A stretch of 50,931 bases of DNA from NCBI GenBank assembly GCA_041304825.1, contig JBFYMQ010000004.1:1-50931 (forward strand), read 5' to 3'. The DNA is from Thermoplasmatales archaeon (GTDB taxonomy: Archaea > Thermoplasmatota > E2 > DHVEG-1). Under the pieces are notes generated by a model. It was given only the letters and a program-made list of their open reading frames with translations. It searched no databases and had not been told where the DNA came from. A program made the position numbers and the translations under genes. Of this stretch, positions 46,497-50,931 are shown one piece after another; the stretch's first letter is position 1; each line of letters begins with the position of its first letter.

Positions 46497-48029
46497 TCAT
46501 CGCTTTAAAATGGAGAGGATGAGAATTTGCGTACCCTCGGCAATTTTGGTCGCTTCGCCGACCATCGTGGTTACCTGGATGCCGCCAAGACCGAAGAACA
46601 TGCCAGTCCCGATCGTCTTTGTCTCTCCGACGGCGACGTCGACAGTCCCACTTACGGTATGGTTCATCCGGTGAAGGATGCCGCCCTGGACATGGACCTG
46701 CCATGGGACATTGGTCGCGTTCGCGGTCCCGTTATTGGTGATCTTCACATGGATGCCTAGGCCACCTGTAGCCGTGAATGAGAGTTCGGGCGTTCCATGC
46801 TCTTGTGCGAATTTTATCACCCAGACGTCACCGTTGTAGTACCCGGTGGACGACCCAGCGATGATATACCCGCCGTCACTAGTCTGTTGTCCACCGGTGA
46901 ACGGCATGGGGATTGTGATGTTCCATGCTTCGTTCCCGGAGCTGTCGGTCTTGATGAGCCCGTAGCCGGTCGCGATGTAGCCGCCATCTGTTGTCTGTTT
47001 CGCGGAGTAGCCAAAGAACGTTGCATCATTCAGAAACGGGGTATTACGCCATGTTTCATTGCCGTTTGTGTCGGTCTTTAACAAACACCCTAGGTAATTC
47101 ATCGCTCCTGCGATGATGAAGCCGCCGTCGCATGTCTGTTGCACCGAGTTGCCGTAGTTCTTTAATCCGACGCGGACTTGGCCGTTGGTTTCCTCGAATT
47201 TTTTATCCCAAACCACGATGCCGCTGGCATCTGTTTTGATAAGCCAGATTTTTCCCCAGTCTGTGTCGTAGTTGCAATCAGACATCCCTGTGAGGATGTA
47301 CCCGCCGTTTGAAGTCTCTTGGACCATGTGACCTTCTTCATCCATGTCGCTTACTCCGTAAGTTCTCAGCCATTGAATGGCTCCATCTGAGAATGTCTTC
47401 AAGAGGTACATGTCTGGAGAGCCGTCGGTGCTTGCATTGCCACCGCCGGTCGCGATGTATCCGCCGTCGCGGGTCTGTCGAACACAGAAGCACCATGAGT
47501 AGTTCAGGCCAGCGTACGTCCTGTTCCATTCCTCATTCCCCTGGGAGTCTGTTTTGATGAGCACAGTCGAGGAGATGAATCCAATCTTGGATTTTAGCGT
47601 CGCATTAAAGAACGTGCACCCAAGGATGTATCCGTCGTCAGCAGTCTGTTGGACTGACCATATCTTCCCTGAGACCGACGGGAGAGTATAGTAATCAAAC
47701 GTCTTGTTCCACTCCATGGTTCCATTGGAGTCGGTCTTGATCAGCCATGGGTTCCAGAGAGCGATACCGAAAGATTTCGCGTACCCCGCGATGATGTATC
47801 CTCCATCGTTGGTCTGTTGTATGTCATAGGCGGCATCATCGATATTTGGGCCACCAAACGTCTTATTCCATTCCTCCGCTGGAGGAATCCCTCCCAGCAT
47901 TTCTGGACGACCATCAGAAACGGTAAGATGCTGATTCGAACCACCACTGATGCACGAGGTGATACACACACCAAGCAACAAGACAAGCATTTCGAAGACA
48001 ACGCTTTTTTTAACAATGTCTCTAGTCAT
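46497..48029 (-). CDS. Secreted/lipoprotein-like beta-propeller repeat protein (about 7-8 repeats) with C-terminal Ig/CARDB-like domain
   Basis: Repeats of Q(Q/T)T.DGGYI(I/A/L).G......(W/Y)L(I/L)KTD..G...W(N/R).T (TNDGGYIIAGY, TADDGYILGC, TRDGGYIATGG, TSNGGYILTGM, TCDGGFIIAGA, TTDGGYIATGY, TSDGGYIIAGS). Signal/lipobox-like MTRDIVKKSVVFEMLVLLLGVCITSC from ATG 48029 (GGGAG ~10 nt upstream; track start 48083). Confidence 0.75.
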   Translation of the reverse strand: MTRDIVKKSVVFEMLVLLLGVCITSCISGGSNQHLTVSDGRPEMLGGIPPAEEWNKTFGGPNIDDAAYDIQQTNDGGYIIAGYAKSFGIALWNPWLIKTDSNGTMEWNKTFDYYTLPSVSGKIWSVQQTADDGYILGCTFFNATLKSKIGFISSTVLIKTDSQGNEEWNRTYAGLNYSWCFCVRQTRDGGYIATGGGNASTDGSPDMYLLKTFSDGAIQWLRTYGVSDMDEEGHMVQETSNGGYILTGMSDCNYDTDWGKIWLIKTDASGIVVWDKKFEETNGQVRVGLKNYGNSVQQTCDGGFIIAGAMNYLGCLLKTDTNGNETWRNTPFLNDATFFGYSAKQTTDGGYIATGYGLIKTDSSGNEAWNITIPMPFTGGQQTSDGGYIIAGSSTGYYNGDVWVIKFAQEHGTPELSFTATGGLGIHVKITNNGTANATNVPWQVHVQGGILHRMNHTVSGTVDVAVGETKTIGTGMFFGLGGIQVTTMVGEATKIAEGTQILILSILKR

Positions 48030-48118
48030 GAAATCATACTCCCTTAATCTTCTGATGAATGTTATAATATCAGGAAGATTCATTTAAATGTTTGGAATCA
48101 ATAAAAATAAGAGATGAA

Positions 48119-48269
48119 AGCAATGGTATGGTTTTTTCTCCTGTTAGATGAGTAGTAAGTGCTCCCGTCGGGAATACGCACCAAGACCTCAGAGCTCCCA
48201 AGGGTGGGAGATGTGAAGGTCTGGCAGAAAATCCCAACAGGGAAATGCTTGTTAGAGGTTCAATGCCCC
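48119..48269 (+). repeat. Intergenic structured repeat, copy B (full length; leading AGCAATGGTATGGTTTTTTC motif plus core)
   Basis: About four-fifths identical by eye to copy C. Nested hairpin AGACCT(48184-89)/AGGTCT(48217-22) and CTCCCA(48195-200)/TGGGAG(48205-10). 3' GAGGTTCAATGCCCC. Confidence 0.7.
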
Positions 48270-48331
48270 ATGAATACTCTGGTTTAGCAAAATATAAATA
48301 ATATGTAAGATATAACTTACATTGATTGAAA

Positions 48332-48601
48332 ATGGTTGAAATTGCAATAACTAAAATTAGCTCGAAAGGACAAATCGTCATACCTGCCCATCTACGAAAA
48401 AGCTTTGCTCAGGGAGAAGAACTCCTTATTATAAAAAAAAAAGATCAAGTCATCCTCCAACGACTGACTGATATCGATAAAAAATTTAAAGAAGATCTCG
48501 CCTTTGCCTTAAAGACTGAAAAGATGCTGAAGAAGTACGATCGAGGGGAGTTTAAACAGAAATCTGCAAAAGAGTTCCTAAAAGAGTTAGAGAAATGGTA
48601 A
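48332..48601 (+). CDS. AbrB/SpoVT-family antitoxin
   Basis: MVEIAITKISSKGQIVIPAHLRKSF..GEELLIIKK is a classic swapped-hairpin AbrB/MazE N-domain. Its stop overlaps the toxin start (ATGGTAA). Track start is TTG 48326. Confidence 0.8.
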   Translation: MVEIAITKISSKGQIVIPAHLRKSFAQGEELLIIKKKDQVILQRLTDIDKKFKEDLAFALKTEKMLKKYDRGEFKQKSAKEFLKELEKW

Positions 48602-48843
48602 CCGTATCGTACCACCCCTCTTTTGAAAAGCAAATAAGAAAAATTAAAAATGAAGGGTTAAAACAGCGGATAAAACAACAGATTCAAAAAATTATAGAAA
48701 ATCCTGAAATTGGTAAACCAATGAGGTTCGGACGAAAAGGAACCCGAGAATTGTATATTTCCTCTTTTAGACTTTCATACCTCTATGAACAAGACGATGA
48801 GAGGGTTGTGTTGCTTTCCTTCTACCATAAGGATGAACAATAA
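48595..48843 (+). CDS. RelE/ParE-family toxin (type II TA system)
   Basis: 82 aa. IIENPEIGKPMRFGRKGTRELYISSFRLSYLYEQDDERVVLLSFYHKDEQ matches the RelE/ParE pattern (..P..G.pl.g.l.g.r.lr.g.yRl.Y.i......v.ll...hR). Confidence 0.8.
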   Translation: MVTVSYHPSFEKQIRKIKNEGLKQRIKQQIQKIIENPEIGKPMRFGRKGTRELYISSFRLSYLYEQDDERVVLLSFYHKDEQ

Positions 48844-48970
48844 AAAGTATTTTCGAATAGGGTTACAAAATAATATCACCCCTTTATATTTATATCTTAT
48901 CTTTCATATTTATTCGGAATAAAAGCTCCATTTTTTCGTATTTTTTAAGGAATTATCAAAATCAAAAAAT

Positions 48971-49020
48971 GGGGTTAAAATCCCCTCGGAGGAATGCTTG
49001 CTAGGAGTTCAATGCTACCG
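48971..49020 (+). repeat. Intergenic structured repeat, partial copy P (3' module only)
   Basis: AAAATCCCCTCGGAGGAATGCTTGCTAGGAGTTCAATGCTACC aligns with the last ~50 nt of copies A, B and C. Confidence 0.6.
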
Positions 49021-49035
49021 AAGGGTCTAAAAAAA

Positions 49036-49190
49036 ATACCGTTTTTTCTCCTGTTGAGCGAGTATAAAGTGCTCCCGTCGGGAATACGTGCCAAGACTTC
49101 AGAGCCCCCAAGGGTGGGAGACGTGAAGGACTGACATAAAATCCCCCCGAAGGATTACTCGCTAGAGGTTCAAATCCCCCAGGTTTTATT
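49036..49190 (+). repeat. Intergenic structured repeat, copy C (full length) followed by a T-run
   Basis: Same order of blocks as copy B. 3' end GAGGTTCAAATCCCCC is followed by AGGTTTTATT. Confidence 0.7.
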
Positions 49191-49253
49191 CCTTATCTCG
49201 TCCAGATCCATTATCAATACCGAAGTGTTCCTAGATATAACGGATTCCAAATG

Positions 49254-50931
49254 TCAAGAGCTATCCGCCAGTAAAATGTTTTCCCTATTATTGTTCAGTG
49301 TTTTTATTTCCGATGCATAAATAAAAAATTTATCCTGATTATGAGAGTTTGAATAAAACGAATTTAATAATGTATTTGTTCTGATTGGTAAACCAGGGAA
49401 AAGGATTAGTATGTATTCCTTTACCAGGCTTTCTCCATCGTTATCTCGTGCTTTTGCACTCACTACATACGAACGGGCTCTTGACCACGTATGATTTACC
49501 GTGATTTTCTCGTCAGAAGCATAAGGACCAATCCATCCTGAATTTGTTCCATCTCCCCAGTCAATGAAATAGGAAATATTATCATCGTTAATATCTTTTG
49601 AAACGAATCCAAACTCTAATTTTTTATGGGTTTCAAAATCACTTGGTTGTTGAATCGATGGTCGAAACGGTGGCAACTGACCAAAATGATTAATAAAAAG
49701 TCTCACAATGCCCTGAACGCCTCCAGTAATAATATCGATTTTTCCATCAGTGTTGAAGTCTGATGCGGTGATTCCTCCGAGATTCAAGTCATCTATATAA
49801 TTTCCTTGTGGAGGAAGATGACCTAAGAAGTAGACATCAAAAATAGATTGTTTGTTCACACAGAGATACACACCGTCAGCGATTCCCACGATGAGGTCGA
49901 TATCACCATCATTCTCATAATCAAAGGATTGTACACATGCACGGCCACCGGAATTATACAACAAAATCTCTCCCGCATCAGTTCCAAAACAAACGCTATG
50001 GTTTGATTCAATCCATTGATTTCGTATCAGATAAATGTATCCTTCATATCCACTTTCAAGTGCTGATGCAACGAAAAAATCGCTATCGCCATCACCATCA
50101 ACATCATTTGATGTAAGCCCCCAACTAAGAGATCCCCAGTCGTGAAGAATACCTGCGGAGGTGAAATTCCCAGTACCATTATTTACATAGAATTCAACCT
50201 TGCCGCTATTATCTCCAACCAGAAAATCTATATCACCGTCCAAATCAAAATCCGCTGAAGTGAGTTTGGGGTTAATCCTGTTCTCAGGATCATAGGGAGA
50301 ACCTGGTCCATGCCAGGCAATCTGAGTACAATTTTCGAAATTGTTGCTCCCATCATTCATTAACATTTTAATAACACCATTAATTTTCACGAGCAATCCC
50401 TGATACCATATAGCTTCAGATTGGGTAATCATCAGATCGATGTCGCCATCATTATCATAATCCGCTGCATTTAAATCCTCAATATAACGTGGACGTGATG
50501 GATCGATAATCGAATAGACATCATCTTGTGTAAACTCTCCGTTCCCGTTGTTATAAAGTATTGAAATAGTTTCTTCTTCCCAAGGGGACGTTGCTCCGCA
50601 TGATACGACATCCATATTCCCATCTTTGTTAAAATCAGCTGATGCCAATCCATAAGCGCACTGCCCGAATTCCTGGATATCCTGAACATCAAAAAGAGGC
50701 TGTTTGTCGACATAGTCAAAAGAAATACTATAGGGCATAACGATTATTTCTCTACAAATACCGAAAAATTTTACAGGGCCATCATAATTTCCATGGTTAT
50801 TATTACTTTCATTTATTAATGGACCAATCCCAAAAAAACCTCTTAGCATGATTAAAGTTGGGACTTCAAGTTGTTGTACCTTACCGTTGATTTTTAATTC
50901 TGTCGGTACGTCTCGAATATTTATTTGGATA
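49254..50931 (-). CDS. FG-GAP/VCBS-repeat beta-propeller protein with C-terminal PKD-like domain; 5' end cut by window edge
   Basis: ADFNKDGNMDVVSC, ADYDNDGDIDLMIT, ADFDLDGDIDFLVGD, NDVDGDGDSDFFVA, FDYENDGDIDLIVG, SDFNTDGKIDIITG. PKD-like YFIDWGDGTNSGWIGPY. The frame is open from 50849 to the window end and there is no signal peptide at Met 50849, so the true start lies beyond the window. Confidence 0.8.
   Translation of the reverse strand, partial: IQINIRDVPTELKINGKVQQLEVPTLIMLRGFFGIGPLINESNNNHGNYDGPVKFFGICREIIVMPYSISFDYVDKQPLFDVQDIQEFGQCAYGLASADFNKDGNMDVVSCGATSPWEEETISILYNNGNGEFTQDDVYSIIDPSRPRYIEDLNAADYDNDGDIDLMITQSEAIWYQGLLVKINGVIKMLMNDGSNNFENCTQIAWHGPGSPYDPENRINPKLTSADFDLDGDIDFLVGDNSGKVEFYVNNGTGNFTSAGILHDWGSLSWGLTSNDVDGDGDSDFFVASALESGYEGYIYLIRNQWIESNHSVCFGTDAGEILLYNSGGRACVQSFDYENDGDIDLIVGIADGVYLCVNKQSIFDVYFLGHLPPQGNYIDDLNLGGITASDFNTDGKIDIITGGVQGIVRLFINHFGQLPPFRPSIQQPSDFETHKKLEFGFVSKDINDDNISYFIDWGDGTNSGWIGPYASDEKITVNHTWSRARSYVVSAKARDNDGESLVKEYILILFPGLPIRTNTLLNSFYSNSHNQDKFFIYASEIKTLNNNRENILLADSS

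Noticed and set aside
49150-49190. GGTTCAAATCC (and GGTTCAATGCC at 42521-42531 and 48257-48267) suggested tRNA genes or tRNA 3' halves
   Set aside because: The putative T-stem has A-C mismatches at two of five pairs in every copy. No 7-bp acceptor complement exists upstream (AAAACCT and similar are absent). The D-arm-like GTGC..GCAC encloses a 15-nt loop. In copy C the only good acceptor-like pairing (AGCGAGTA/TACTCGCT) lies before the T-arm-like motif, not after it, and it is not conserved in copies A or B. I report these as tRNA-like or tRNA-derived repeats, not tRNA genes.
1-50931. Searched by eye for CRISPR arrays, rRNA, integrase/transposase/IS ends, group II intron (GUGYG..domain V), hammerhead (CUGAUGA..GAAA) and C/D-box (RUGAUGA..CUGA) signatures
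   Set aside because: No regularly spaced short direct repeats and no recombinase-like ORF were found. The repeat family lacks intact C/D boxes, a 14-bp domain-V-like helix, or a hammerhead core. No such features are claimed.

Overview
This window is probably an archaeal chromosomal accessory region, about 43% GC by eye. Support: A/T-rich TATA-like boxes, GGAGG-type ribosome-binding sites, oligo-T terminators, and secreted proteins saturated with N-x-S/T sequons. Both ends cut through genes.

Layout:
- **2-9906:** transglutaminase-like surface protein, two cyclophilins, a dCTP-deaminase/dUTPase-family gene, an FG-GAP/PKD propeller protein, a flavodiiron protein (FprA-like), an MBL hydrolase and an alpha-toroid repeat protein.
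- **9946-20455:** a surface-structure locus. It holds a 1881-aa giant glycoprotein, two paralogous ~370-aa secreted proteins, and two membrane-anchored proteins. The giant protein carries the N-terminal module of one downstream gene and the whole domain of the two paralogs.
- **20586-31233:** a membrane PAS protein, two gingipain-like (clan CD) cysteine peptidases, a CxxS thioredoxin-like protein and an FN3-repeat lipoprotein-like protein.
- **31418-42386:** small housekeeping and accessory genes. These are two DUF3795 genes, an MGMT/ATL-like gene, a RibD_C-like gene, membrane proteins, a wHTH gene, an ABC-2 exporter, an M19 dipeptidase and a sulfotransferase.
- **42421-50931:** a ~2-kb tandem duplication of secreted arylsulfotransferase (ASST)-like genes, a beta-propeller repeat protein, an AbrB/RelE toxin-antitoxin pair and a second FG-GAP/PKD protein.

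Most notable observations:
1. The modular surface locus sits next to C25-like peptidases and may be a filament or adhesin system.
2. Both ASST copies share the same frame break yet remain otherwise intact.
3. A family of five ~50-165-nt structured intergenic repeats ends in a T-arm-like motif; two copies bracket the toxin-antitoxin cassette.
4. Otherwise unrelated secreted proteins share a C-terminal tail, RFPHAFP(F/L)LR(H/Y)L.

I saw no rRNA, bona fide tRNA, CRISPR array, integrase or transposase. All functional calls come from motif recognition by eye; no database search was run.
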